Shown one piece after another: positions 51,055-64,000 of a stretch of DNA of 64,000 bases. The notes under the pieces were generated by a model. That model ran no database searches, was not told the DNA's origin, and worked only from the letters and a program-made list of their open reading frames with translations. Positions within the stretch are counted from its first letter, which is position 1, and each line of letters opens with the position of its first letter. A program made the translations under genes and the position numbers. This DNA is from Pristiophorus japonicus (lineage: Eukaryota), in NCBI RefSeq assembly GCF_044704955.1, contig NC_091986.1, positions 191,580,001 through 191,644,000 of the forward strand, in the 5' to 3' direction.

Positions 51055-51157
51055 TGGAACATGAAACAGTTTTAATTAAAAATTATTTTATTGAAAAGTT
51101 AACGTCACTCTAATAAAATATTTGTTGTATCAAACTATACTTTTTAATATGACTCTT

Positions 51158-51385
51158 GAAGATCACTTAAAAACTTTAAGATCACTTATAAACTTGTAAA
51201 GTTACAAAAGTTACAAAACACTTTGTGTGAAAAATTTTACACTCTATGATCACTTAAACTTCAAGATCACTTTTTAGATGCAAAATTAAATAATTTACAG
51301 AATGTGCGAGCATTTACACTATAAGATCACTTAAAAACCATAAGATCCCTTATAAGTTGTAACATAACAAAACTTACAAAACAAT
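51158..51385. repeat. Degenerate AT-rich repeats (about 6 GATCACTT motifs) between the convergent genes
   Basis: GATCACTT recurs at about 51161, 51180, 51248, 51265 and 51324, with GATCCCTT near 51344; poly(A)-signal-like hexamers on both strands at 51086-51117. Confidence 0.7.
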
Positions 51386-51410
51386 TTCAATTTGAAAAAC
51401 GCTACTACAG

Positions 51411-53089
<1,679 letters not shown>

Positions 53090-53309
53090 TGCAAAGTTGA
53101 ATTGGCACTTTTTTTTCTCCAAACACAGTCCTTAATTTGCAGGCACAGGTACAGCAAGTTTAGCAGTGAAAAGCTGAACTCACTGATTTCAGCAGGTGAT
53201 TTCTTCAGCAGTGCTGCTAAAAGCACTCCCTCACACACAGAAATATCAATAAAATTAAAATACAAGCCTTTGCAGGGATCCAAGAACAAATCTTCACTTT
53301 TCTGCAGCA

Positions 53310-53480
53310 CTTTCTAAAATGGCCGAGTGCCAATGTTTTTTTCACACTGCGCGTGCGCGAACGCTCCAACGCGCACGCGCAGCGTTGCCGGCAGGAAAAA
53401 AAACTAATTTAAATAGTACCCGCCCCCTCCCACTTACAAAATCGGCGCGAGTGTAGGCTCTGCCCCCCTGGGTGCCGTGC
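53310..53480 (-). promoter_or_regulatory. Putative CpG-type promoter of the Myb-like gene (GC box, NRF1-like, YY1-like motifs)
   Basis: Minus strand order GGGGGCGGG, GCGCGTGCGCG, CGCGCACGCGCA, CGGCCATTTT upstream of ATG 53089; same order precedes ATG 8685. Confidence 0.45.
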
Positions 53481-56299
53481 CAGGCAGACAAGGAGCTGCA
53501 GAATGCTCCAGAATCGCGATTTTTTTTTTTAGGCGCCGTTTTAGGCGCGAGAAACGGACGCCCAGCTTGGAGGGGCGCCCGTTTTTTATCGTGTGGAAAC
53601 TTGGGCCCATAGAGTGGGCTAACCAAACTGGTAGCAATACTGTGGAGGATGATTTCCTGGAGTGTAGAAGGGATGGTTTTCCAGACCAATATGTCGAGGA
53701 ACCAACTAGAGAGCTGGCCATCCTAGACTGGGTGTTGTGTAATGAGAGGAGATTAATTAGCAAACTTGTGCGAGACGCCTTGGGGAAGAGTGATCATAAC
53801 ATGGTAGAATTCTTTTAGGATGGAAAGCGACACAATTAATTCAGAAACTAGGGTCCTGAACTCAAGGAAAGGTAACTGATGGTTTGAGGCGTGAATTGGC
53901 TAGAATAGACTGACAAATGATACTTAAAGGGTTGACAGTGGATAGGCAATGGCAAACATTTAAAGATCACATGGATGAACTTCAGCAATTGTACATCCCT
54001 GTCTAGAGTGAAAATAAAATGGGGAAGGTGGCTCAACTGTGGCTAACAAGGGAAATTAAGGATAGTGTTAAATCCAAGGAAGAGGTATATAAATTGGCCA
54101 GAAAAAGCAGCAAACCCAAGGACTGGAAGAAATTTAGAATTCAGCAGAGGAGGACAAAGGGTTTAATTAAGAGGGGGAAAATAGAGTAGGAGAAGAAGCT
54201 TGCCGGAGCATAAAAACTGACTGCAAAAGCTGCTACAGATATGTGAGGAGAAAAAGATTAGTGAAGACAAACGTAGGTCCCCTGCAGTCGGATTCAGGTG
54301 AATTTATAATGGGGAATAAAGAAATGGCAGACCAATTGAACAAATACTTTGGTTCTGTCTTCACGAAGGAAGACACAAATAACCTTCCGAAAGTACTAGG
54401 GGACAGTAGGTCTAGTGAGAAGGAGGAACTGAAGGATATCCTTGTAAGTCAGGAAATTGTGTTAGGGAAATTGAAGGGACTGAAGGCCGATAAATCCCCA
54501 GGGCCTGATAGTCTGCATCCCAGAGTACTTAAGGAAGTGGCCCTAGAAATAGCGGATGCATTGGTGATCATTTTCCAACAGTCTATCGACTCTGGATCAG
54601 TTCCTATGGACTGGAGGTTAACACCACTTTTTAAAGAGGGAGGGAGAGAGAAAGCGGATAATTATAGACCGGTTAGCCTGACATTGGTGGTAGGGAAAAT
54701 GTTGGAATCAATTATTAAGGATGAAATAGCAGCGCATTTGGAAAGCAGTGACAGGATCCAAGTCAGCATGGATTTATGAAGGGGAAATCTTCAGATATAG
54801 TGCCTTTGGCTTTGACTTTTTTCCTAATTTTCAGTTATTTTAGTCAATGATGCCATATTACCTTTGTCTCTCCGTCTCTTCCTGACCTACTCTGCTTATT
54901 TTTACCCAAAACTCTGCTCTGCTCTCGACCCTTGAAATTTCTCTTGCTGCTTTTAAATGTATTATTTCTTGAATCCTCCCACCTCTTTCTCCTGCCCTCC
55001 CCCCAATAGTTTAAAGCCCTGTCTACTGCTCTAGTTATTCGATTCATATAGAGCTATTTTCCCTGAAAGTGGTTGCATAATATAAATAGGTTGATGTCTT
55101 TTGAACTCCTGGATATATTAATGTCTTGAAACATTTCTAAAGATCGGTTATGCTGGAATTATTTTTACCTACGTGAAGCATAGCAATTCACACAGATCTT
55201 CTGGAATTTTTTGAGGATGTAACTAGTAGAGTGGACAAGAGAGAACCAGTGGATGTGATGTATTTGGACTTTCAAAAGGCTTTTGACAAGGTGCCACACG
55301 AGAGATTGGTGTGCAAAATCAAAGCACATGGTATTAGGGGTAATATACTGATGTGGATAGAGAACTGGTTGGCAGACGGGAAGCAGAGAGTCAGGATAAA
55401 CCGGTCCTTTTCAGAATGGCAGGCAGTGACTAGTGGAGTGCCACAGGGCTCAGTGCTGGGACCCCAGCTCTTTACAATATACATTAATGATTTGGATGAA
55501 GGAATTGAGTGTAATATCTCCAAGTTTGCAAATGACACTAAACTGGGTGGCGGTGTGAGCTCTGAGGGGGACGCTAAGAGGATGCAGGGTGACTTAGACA
55601 GATTAGGTGAGTGGGCAAATGCATGGCAGATGCCGTATAAGGTGGATAAATGTGAGGTTATCCACTTTGGGGGCAAAAACACAAAGACAGAATATTATCT
55701 GAATAGTGGCAGATTAGGAAAAGGGGAGGTGCAATGAGACCTGGGTGTCATGGTTCATCAGTCATTGAAAGTTGGCGTACAGGTGCAGAAGGCGGTAAAG
55801 ACGGCAAATGGTATGTTGGTCTTCATAGCTAGGGGATTTGAGTATAGGAGCAGGGAGGTGTTACTGCAGTTGTACAGGGCCTTGGTGAGACCTCACCTGG
55901 AATATTGTGTTCAATTTTGGTCTCCTAATCTGAGGAAGGACGTTCTTGCTATTGAGGGTATGCAGCGAAGATTCACCAGACTGATTCCCGGGATGGCCGG
56001 ACTGAGATATGAGGAGAGACTGGATCAACTGGGCCTGAGTGCGGCGTGGCAGAACTTAAAGAGGAGGACCCACTGCCGTGGCCGCTGTCTATCAATTTTC
56101 GCCAGATGACTTCCTGATCAGCCGGCAAGACAGTGCCCCTGGGTTCGGCTGGGCTGCCAATGGGCAGCCTGGAACCCCTCTTGGATGCCAGGCCACTCTC
56201 TGGGTGAAGAAGTTTCTCCTCATCTCGGTCCTAAATGGCTTACCCCTTATCCTTGGACTGTGACCCCTGGTTCTGGACTTCTCGAACATTGGGAACATT

Positions 56300-57799
56300 G
56301 GGCCCAAGTTTCGGGCCGCGCCTAGAACGGCGCAGCCCCGACCTGGACGCCCGTTTTTCACGCCACAAAGTGCGTCTAAAAAAAACTTCCAGATTCTCCG
56401 GCTCCCTGCTGGTCCTCTGGCCCTCGGCTCGGTGCAGCAGGAGCTGTGGGGGGCGGAGCTAGGTCCCTGCGCTGAAAACAGTGCCGGGACCTCTGCACAT
56501 GCGCGCTACAGTGCAGTAGCTCCAGGTGCCCAAAACTGTGTGGGAGGGGCTGCGTGCATAAGACTCGTCCCACGCCCAGCTCCTGCTTCCTCCCGACCCG
56601 ACTCCCACTCCACCCCCCCCCCGCCCCCGAACCGACCTCCCTCCTCTTCTCTTCCGCCGCCCCCCCCCCGGACCGGCTCCGACCCGCGCTCCCCCCGACC
56701 CGACCCGACCCAACGCCACCTACCTGTAAATCTGGTGCTGGGGACGGGCCCTGCCCGAGGTCTTGGGCCCAGCCACCGGGCCCAGCCCATTCAGCCTCCC
56801 TGCCCCCCCCCCCCTGCCTTTCTCCTTCCCCCCCACCCCCTTCTCCTTCTCCTTCCCCCCCTTCTCCTTTCTCCCCCCCCTTCTCCTTCTCCTTTCCCCC
56901 CCCTTCTCCTTCTCCTTTCCCCCCCCTTCTCCTTCTCCTTTCCTCCCCCTTCTCCTTCTCCTTTCCCCCCCTCTCTTTCCTCTCCTTTCCCCCCCTCTCC
57001 TTTCCCACCCCCCCCCTCTCCTTTCCCACCCCCCCCTCTCCTTTCCCACCCCCCCCTCTCCTTTCCCACCCCCCCCCTCTCCTTTCCCACCCCCCCCTCT
57101 CCTTTCCCACCCCCCCCCTCTCCTTTCCCACCCCCCCCTCTCCTTTCCCACCCCCCCCCTCTCCTTTCCCACCCCCCCCTCTCCTTTCCCACCCCCCCCT
57201 CTCCTTTCCCACCCCCCCCCTCTCCTTTCCCCCCCCTTTCCCCCCCTCCTCGTCCTCATCAGGAACACAGACAGTGACACACTGAGGGGGGCATCCCAGC
57301 GCGCTGTTGGAGGGCTCCCGGTGCTGCAGTCGATAAGTAGAAAATTTTTTATTTCTTGATTTAAAAAAAAAATTAGTTCTTATTAATTTTTTTTGATTGA
57401 TTTATTGATGTTTTTATCATTTATTATTGATGATGGCTCTTTATTTGTAAAACTGAAGTGTTTAATGTTTGTAAACTTCCCTTTAAATGCCCCCCCCCAC
57501 CATTCCCTACGCCTGATTTTCTAAGGTGTAGACAAGGTTTTTTTTCGAGCGTACAAAAATCTTCACTTACTCCATTCTAAGTTAGTTTGGAGTAAGTTTT
57601 CACTGCCGAAACTTTGAAAACAGGCGTAAGTGGCCGGGCACGCCCCCTTTTGAAAAAAAAATTCTGTTCCAAAGTGAAACTGTTCTAACTGACTAGAACT
57701 GGAGCAAACTAAATGCCGAGAATTTGAATTTCTAAGATACTCCGTTCTACACCAGTTGCTCCAAAAAATCAGGAGCAACTGAGGCCGAAACTTGGGCCC
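56300..57799 (-). mobile_element. Non-autonomous Harbinger, subfamily B (1500 bp)
   Basis: ATT | GGGCCCAAGTTTCGG ... CCGAAACTTGGGCCC | ATT. Confidence 0.95.
56803..57250. repeat. C/T-rich minisatellite (~20-bp units, two variants) inside the MITE
   Basis: (C)nTTCTCCTTCTCCTTT units followed by (C)nTCTCCTTTCCCA units. Confidence 0.95.
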
Positions 57800-57929
57800 A
57801 TTCTTTCTGCATCTAACCTGTCTAAACCTGGCAGAATTTTAAACGTTTCTGTGAGATCCCCTCTCGTATACTTACCTTGGAGGCAGTGCAATGGAGCTTC
57901 ACTAGCTTGATTCCTGGGATGAGAGGTGT

Positions 57930-58619
57930 CTGCGATTCCAGTGGGGAGGCCTTCTCTTCCTGCGCTTTGAAGCGCGCTCCTGTCCTCGAGGTTCGAACAC
58001 AGAAGGTGCGGTCACATATGACTGCACAACCAATCAGATACAGTATTCTCATTAATAGCAATAAGAACTCTGTATCTACAAGTTCTCATTGCTATTGATG
58101 AGAAAAAAAAACAAACAAACAAACAAACACACTAAACACAACGCAAAAAATAAAAAGCACACCTCACACAATTAAAATTAATTGAAATTAAAGTTAATGT
58201 GTTAGAAAAAAATATATTTTTCCAATTTTTTTTAACTAAAGTTTTGTAATTATGGTTTAAAATAAATTTACCTTAGTGGGCAAGGTTTTTAGCATAATGT
58301 CTTTAAATTTTATTATTTTTAAAAATGTTTTAAAACTCTTATGCTGGTAAAAGTAAGCTATGCGCCAGATTTTACTAGGCGCAAGAGCTTTAAGGACATT
58401 TGCTGGGCAAGAGATGGGCAAATAGCGTAATCTTGCGCACGCGAATATCCTTGCTACCGAGATGCGTGCGATCTGTCGAGCCAGAACTTGACAGATCAGA
58501 AAAGCCGGTTTTCGGCGCATGCGCATTGCGTGCTGAAAACCGGCTTTTGTGACACGTTCCTGGGTTCCTGGGTCCATACACACTCCGTACGGACCCGGGG
58601 AGGCCGGAATTTCAGGTCC
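57930..58619 (-). mobile_element. One-ended copy related to MITE subfamily F
   Basis: Ends CGGAATTTCAGGTCC; reverse complement aligns with 48775 onward (CCGTACG..ATGGACCC..TTTTCAGC.CGCAATGCGCATGCGC.GAAAACC). Confidence 0.8.
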
Positions 58620-59026
58620 ATTGTGTTTATGAATGCTGGATATACTTGACACATGGAAGGCCACTAAAGGGATTTTTTGAAAATCAATGTTTAGCGGATT
58701 GCAAATTGATCACCCAAGACCAGCAACAGGAGAAAATTGCAGCTTTGAAATAAAACAGACACTGGAGCTTAGCTCTCGAGACCGAAAGCATATTTGTCAA
58801 ACATTTAAACGCAACTCTTTTTGAAAACCAGTGATCCCACGACGTGGGTGGAAAGGATCTTAACTGTGGTTTTAAAAAAAAAAGTAGATTTGATACACTG
58901 AAAAAACATAAGAAATTCAGAGATCTTTAAACATGCCGGGGATTGTCACTGGTGCTTATGCAAAGACTGAACTAATCTGCATCCAATGAAATCTTCAAGG
59001 TTCAGCCTTTATTCCCCAGATGCTAT

Positions 59027-60146
59027 GGGCCCAAGTTTCCACATGATTCACGCCTGATTTTTAGGAGCAACTGGTGGAGAACGGACTATTTTAGAAATCG
59101 CAATTCTCCACATTTTTTTTTCTGCAGTTCTAGTCAGGTAGAACAGTTCTAGTTTAGAACAGAATTTTTTCTTCAAAAGGGGGCGTGTCCGGCCACTGAC
59201 GCCTGATTTGAAAGTTTCCACAGTGAAAATGTACTTCAAACTAAAGTAGAATGGAGCCAGTGAAGATTTTTGTAGAACTGAAAAAACCTGTTCTACACAT
59301 TAAAAAATCAGGCGCAGGTTACAAATTAGGCGTCCAGAACGAGGAGGGGGGGAAAGGGAACTCATTAAATTCGACAATAAATCCTTATTTATACTTCTAC
59401 AAATATTATACAAATAAATCCAACCTGAATAAACATTTATAAGCCAAGAAAAGATTAAATAAACCATCTTCCTACCTGTGTGAAAGTGCTTCAGCCAGGG
59501 AGAATTNNNNNNNNNNNNNNNNNNNNNNNNNNNNNNNNNNNNNNNNNNNNNNNNNNNNNNNNNNNNNNNNNNNNNNNNNNNNNNNNNNNNNNNNNNNNNN
59601 NNNNNNNNNNNNNNNNNNNNNNNNNNNNNNNNNNNNNNNNNNNNNNNNNNNNNNNNNNNNNNNNNNNNNNNNNNNNNNNNNNNNNNNNNNNNNNNNNNNN
59701 NNNNNNNNNNNNNNNNNNNNNNNNNNNNNNNNNNNNNNNNNNNNNNNNNNNNNNNNNNNNNNNNNNNNNNNNNNNNNNNNNNNNNNNNNNNNNNNNNNNN
59801 NNNNNNNNNNNNNNNNNNNNNNNNNNNNNNNNNNNNNNNNNNNNNNNNNNNNNNNNNNNNNNNNNNNNNNNNNNNNNNNNNNNNNNNNNNNNNNNNNNNN
59901 NNNNNNNNNNNNNNNNNNNNNNNNNNNNNNNNNNNNNNNNNNNNNNNNNNNNNNNNNNNNNNNNNNNNNNNNNNNNNNNNNNNNNNNNNNNNNNNNNNNN
60001 NNNNNNNNNNNNNNNNNNNNNNNNNNNNNNNNNNNNNNNNNNNNNNNNNNNNNNNNNNNNNNNNNNNNNNNNNNNNNNNNNNNNNNNNGGGGAGAGGGGG
60101 GGGCGTCGGGTCGGGGAACAGGAGCGCGGATCGGGTCATAGGGCCC
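59027..60146 (+). mobile_element. Harbinger subfamily A left arm, N-gap, truncated right side
   Basis: 59027-59495 nearly identical to 50088-50567; after the gap a G-rich internal segment, then only GGGCCC. Confidence 0.88.
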
Positions 60147-60554
60147 ATAGTGTTGACATTTAGTGATGTGATGATTAATGAATAGTGCAGTAAGTTAATC
60201 GTGACCTGTATTTGATAATTAATCCGTTGGTCAATCATTACAATTACTGGAGCAAATTAATTCAAAGGTTTAACCAATATACAAAAGTAATTTAGAAATA
60301 GTAAAACACAATTGAAAGTTTCGGAGACGGGACATGAACATTTCGGTGGTGGCTGAAATCTCTGCCATCCATTATCGGGTCAGTGGGAATCCTTCCAACT
60401 TGGGGTTCTGTTTAATTCAGGCTACTATAGCTGTTTAAGGAGCTGGGGTGAAATGCAAACAGAAAATGCAATTTAGGGATATATTAAGATTGCCGAGAGC
60501 CCTGTCTTTTTGTGAACAAACTCATAGAGTTGCAATTGTGCCTCACGTTTCATT

Positions 60555-60802
60555 GAACAACGTTACCCTGGAAACCTAAATGCTTCGAGTGTTGGGCATG
60601 CGCAGAACGGGCATTATTTTTAAGGCGAAAAAATTTAGCTCCGTCCTTAAAAACGGAGGTATTTTAAGGCTACACCAAAATTTAAAAAACTTCTGGCAAA
60701 ACGTAGACTTTTTTTTGCTGTTATTTCGTCCTAAAAAACAGCCGTTAATTGGAAATAACACCAAAAAACTGAGCTATTTTTCAATGTGGAATATCTGGAC
60801 CC
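60555..60802. mobile_element. Possible Harbinger-like terminal arm fragment
   Basis: CpG/A-tract-rich arm ending TGGAATATCTGGACCC; X-box-like GTTACCCTGGAAAC and GCATGCGCA motifs; no partner TIR. Confidence 0.4.
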
Positions 60803-61309
60803 TTGTCTCTGCTTCCCCTCATACATAATTGTTGCTGCATTTTTTTTCCATAGCTGTGTAAACCAGTCTTTCCTCTGCAACAAACATAGCTAGGTCCTGT
60901 TTATAGTATATATTGATCCAGTCTATGTAATATAGGATTATTCCAGTCATTGAAACATTGATTAGGATAGGTAAAGGATTTTTAGTGTAATCTGAGGTCA
61001 AGAATTAAAGCTTTCCTTTCCTATCAGTGGCCCTATTTTAGGTTGTGGCTTTGAGCAGCAATGGGAAAGAAACTTTGTCCTCCGCTGACGATATAATTAG
61101 TAGTAAAGGTAAAAAGAGAATTGCAAATACTGGGATTAAAACAGAAAATGCTGGTTCATTAGCATCTTGGGGAAAGATGGGTTATACCTACAATACTTAG
61201 AATACAAATTTTTCATCAGTACAATCGGTAACCTAGCTGGTTTTGTAGTTTTCCCAGGACACTTGACCATTGTGGTTTCTGTCGCATATTTACCCGGCAT
61301 CATTATTAG

Positions 61310-62195
61310 TGATCTTAATGACCAAGTCGTGACTATCAGTTTATCCTCGGTAGTGGAGAAGCTTTTAGAAATGATAATCAGGGACAAAATTAACAGTCAC
61401 TTGGATAAGTGTGGATTAATTAAGGAAAGCCAGCACTGATTTGTTAAAGGCAAATCGTGTTTAACTAACTTGATTGAGTTTTTTGATGAGCTAATAGAGA
61501 GGGTTTATGAGAGCAAAGCGGTTGACCTGGTGTACATGGACTTCCAAAAGGCGTTTGATAAAGTGTCACATAACAAGCTTGCCAGCAAAGTTGAAATCCA
61601 TGGAATAAAAGGGACAGTGGCTGCATGGATACGAAATTGGCAGGAAACCGAGTAATGGGGAACGGTTGTTTTTCGGACTGGGGGAAGGTATACAGTGGTG
61701 TACCCTGGGGTCGGTACTTGGACCACTGCTTTTCTTCTTGTATATTAATGACTTTGACTTGGACTTGGGTGTACAGGGCACAATTTCAAAGTTTGCAGAT
61801 GACACAAAACTTGGATGTATAGTGAACAGTGAGGAGGATAATGATAGACTTCAAGAGAACGTAGACAGGCTGATGGAATGGGTGGACACGTGGCAGATGA
61901 AGTTTAATGCAGAAAAGTGTGTTGGTAGGAAGGATGAGGAGAGGTAATATATTCTAAAGGGGGTGCAGGAACGGAGAGACCTGGCGGTATATGTGCACAG
62001 ATCATTGAAGGTGGCAGGGCAGGTTGAGAAAGCAATTTAAAAAAAAAAACATACAGGATCCTGGGCTTCATAAATAGTGGCAGAGAGTACAAAAGTGTGG
62101 AAGTTATGATGAAGCTTTATCTGGTTCGGCCACAACTGGAGTATTGTGTCCAATTCTGGGTACCTCACTTTCCGAAGGGTGTGAAGGCCTTGGAG
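61310..62195 (+). mobile_element. Decayed CR1 RT fragment
   Basis: KGKSCLTNLIEFFDE, YMDFQKAFDKV, SVLGPLLF..YIND, SKFADDTKLG, RPQLEYCVQFW. Confidence 0.92.
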
Positions 62196-64000
62196 CATAA
62201 GAACATAAGAATTAGGAACAAGAGTAGGCCATCTAGCCCCTCGAGCCTGCTCCGCCATTCAACAAGATCATGGCTGATCTGGCCGTGGACTCAGCTCCAC
62301 TTACCCGCCCACTCCCCATAACCCTTAATTCCCTTATTGGTTAAAAATCTATCTATCTGTGATTTGAATACATTCAATGAGCTAGCCTCAACTGCTTCCT
62401 TGGGCAGAGAATTCTACAGATTCACAACCCTCTGGGAGAAGAAATTCCTTCTCAACTCGGTTTTAAATTGCCTCCCCCGTATTTTGAGGCTGTGCCCCCT
62501 AGTTCTAGTCTCCCCGACCAGTGGAAACAACCTCTCTGCCTCTATCTTGTCTATCCCTTTCATGATTTTAAATGTTTCTATAAGATCACCCTTCATCCTT
62601 CTGAACTCCAATGAGTAAAGACCCAGTCTACTCAATCTATCATCATAAGGTAACCCCCTCATCTCCGGAATCAGCCTAGTGAATCGTCTCTGTACCCCCT
62701 CCAAGGCTAGTATATCCTTAAGTAAGGTGACCAAAACTGCACACACTACTCCAGGTGCGGCCTCACCAATACCCTGTACAGTTGCAGCAGGACCTCCCTG
62801 CTTTTGTACTCCATCCCTCTTGCAATGAAGGCCAACATTCCATTCGCCTTCCTGATTACCTGCTGCACCTGCAAACTAACTTTTTGGGATTCATGCACAA
62901 GGACCCCCAGGTCCCTCTGCAACACAGCATGTTGTAATTTCTCCCCATTCAAATAATAATCCCTTTTTACTGTTTTTTTTTCCAAGGTGGAGGACCTCAC
63001 ATTTTCCGACATTGTATTCCATCTGCCAAACCTTAGCCCATTCGCTTAACCTATCTAAATCTCTTTGCAGCCTCTCTGTGTCCTCTACACAACCCACTTT
63101 CCCACTAATCTTTGTGTCATCTGCAAATTTTGTTACACTACACTCTGTCCCCTCTTCCAGGTCATCTATGTATATTGTAAACAGTTGTGGTGCCAGCACC
63201 GATCCCTGTGGCACACCACTAACCACCGATTTCCAACCCGAAAAGGACCCATTTATCCCGACTCTCTGCTTTCTGTTAGCCAGCCAATTCTCGATCCATG
63301 ATAATACATTTCCACTGACTCCGCGTACCTTTATCTTCTGCAGTAACCTTTTGTGTGGCACCTTATCGAATGCCTTTTGGAAATCTAAATACGCCACATC
63401 CATCGGTACACCTCTATCCACCATGCTCGTTATATCCTCAAAGAATTCCAGTAAATTAGTTAAACATGATTTCCCCTTCATGAATCCATGTTGCGTCTAC
63501 TTGATTGCACTATTCCTATCTAGATGTCACGCTATTTCTTCTTTAATGATAGCTTCAAGCATTTTCCCCACTACAGATGTTAAACTAACCGGCCTATAGT
63601 TACCTGCCTTTTGTCTGCCCCCTTTTTTAAACAGAGGCGTTACATTAGCTGCTTTCCAATCCGCTGGTACCGCCCCAGAGTCCAGAGAATTTTGGTAGAT
63701 TATAACGAATGCATCTGCTATAACTTCCGCCATCTCTTTTAATACCCTGGGATGCATTTCATCAGGACCAGGGGGTTTGTCTACCTTGAGTCCCATTAGC
63801 CTGTCCAGCACTACCCCCCTAGTGATAGTGATTATCTCGAGGTCCTCCCTTCCCACATTCCCGTGACCAGCAATTATTGGCATGGTTTTTGTGTCTTCCA
63901 CTATGAAGACCGAAGCAAAATAATTGTTTACGGTCTCAGCCATTTCCACATTTCCCATTATTAAATCCCCCTTCTCATCTTCTAAGGGACCAACATTTAC
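62196..64000 (-). mobile_element. Young CR1 LINE (ORF2 RT and 3' UTR), extends past the window end
   Basis: ORFs 63527-63958, 62891-63481, 62746-63012 and 62414-62746 tile one ORF2 with a few frameshifts; tail (TTCTTATG)n; almost identical to 28429-28972. Confidence 0.96.

Larger units (their letters stand above)
56174..57865 (-). mobile_element. Inverted CR1 3' segment split by a MITE
   Basis: Minus strand RGDLTETFKILPGLDRLDAERM|FPMFEKSRTRGHS..RRNFFTQRV; the expected continuation of the + CR1 ending at 56035. Confidence 0.8.

Noticed and set aside
56376-57359. Extensin-like Pro-rich and Gly/Glu-rich ORFs
   Set aside because: Low-complexity MITE interior.
59300-60238. 312-aa and 227-aa ORFs
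   Set aside because: Almost entirely N-gap.

Overview
Repeat-dense eukaryotic DNA, almost certainly from a shark or other cartilaginous fish (SacSINE1/DeuSINE-type SINEs, CR1 LINEs with (TTCTTATG)n/(TTCTATGA)n tails, RTE and L2 fragments). I recognise no host protein-coding exon; the window looks intronic or intergenic. The main structure is a PIF/Harbinger-type DNA transposon system. A 3.5-kb copy (50088-53608, ATA TSD, inserted in a CR1 endonuclease domain) carries a truncated HARBI1-like transposase on + and a convergent, spliced Myb/SANT-like gene on -. A second decayed Myb gene with the same intron lies at 8685. About ten non-autonomous relatives have GGG-starting TIRs and 3-bp TSDs, and several hold different internal minisatellites; every N-gap in the window falls inside two of these elements. 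Other signals: a minimal type I hammerhead ribozyme motif in a Penelope-type repeat (44555-44591), an RTE insertion with twin-priming-like 5' inversion and TSD (36785-37865), a Vingi/Ingi-like LINE fragment, two Tigger4/Zombi-like MITEs, a solo LTR with 5-bp TSD, and two near-perfect local inverted duplications. All family names come from motif recognition by eye, not database searches. The long ORFs in the ORF track are artefacts of low-complexity sequence and N-runs.
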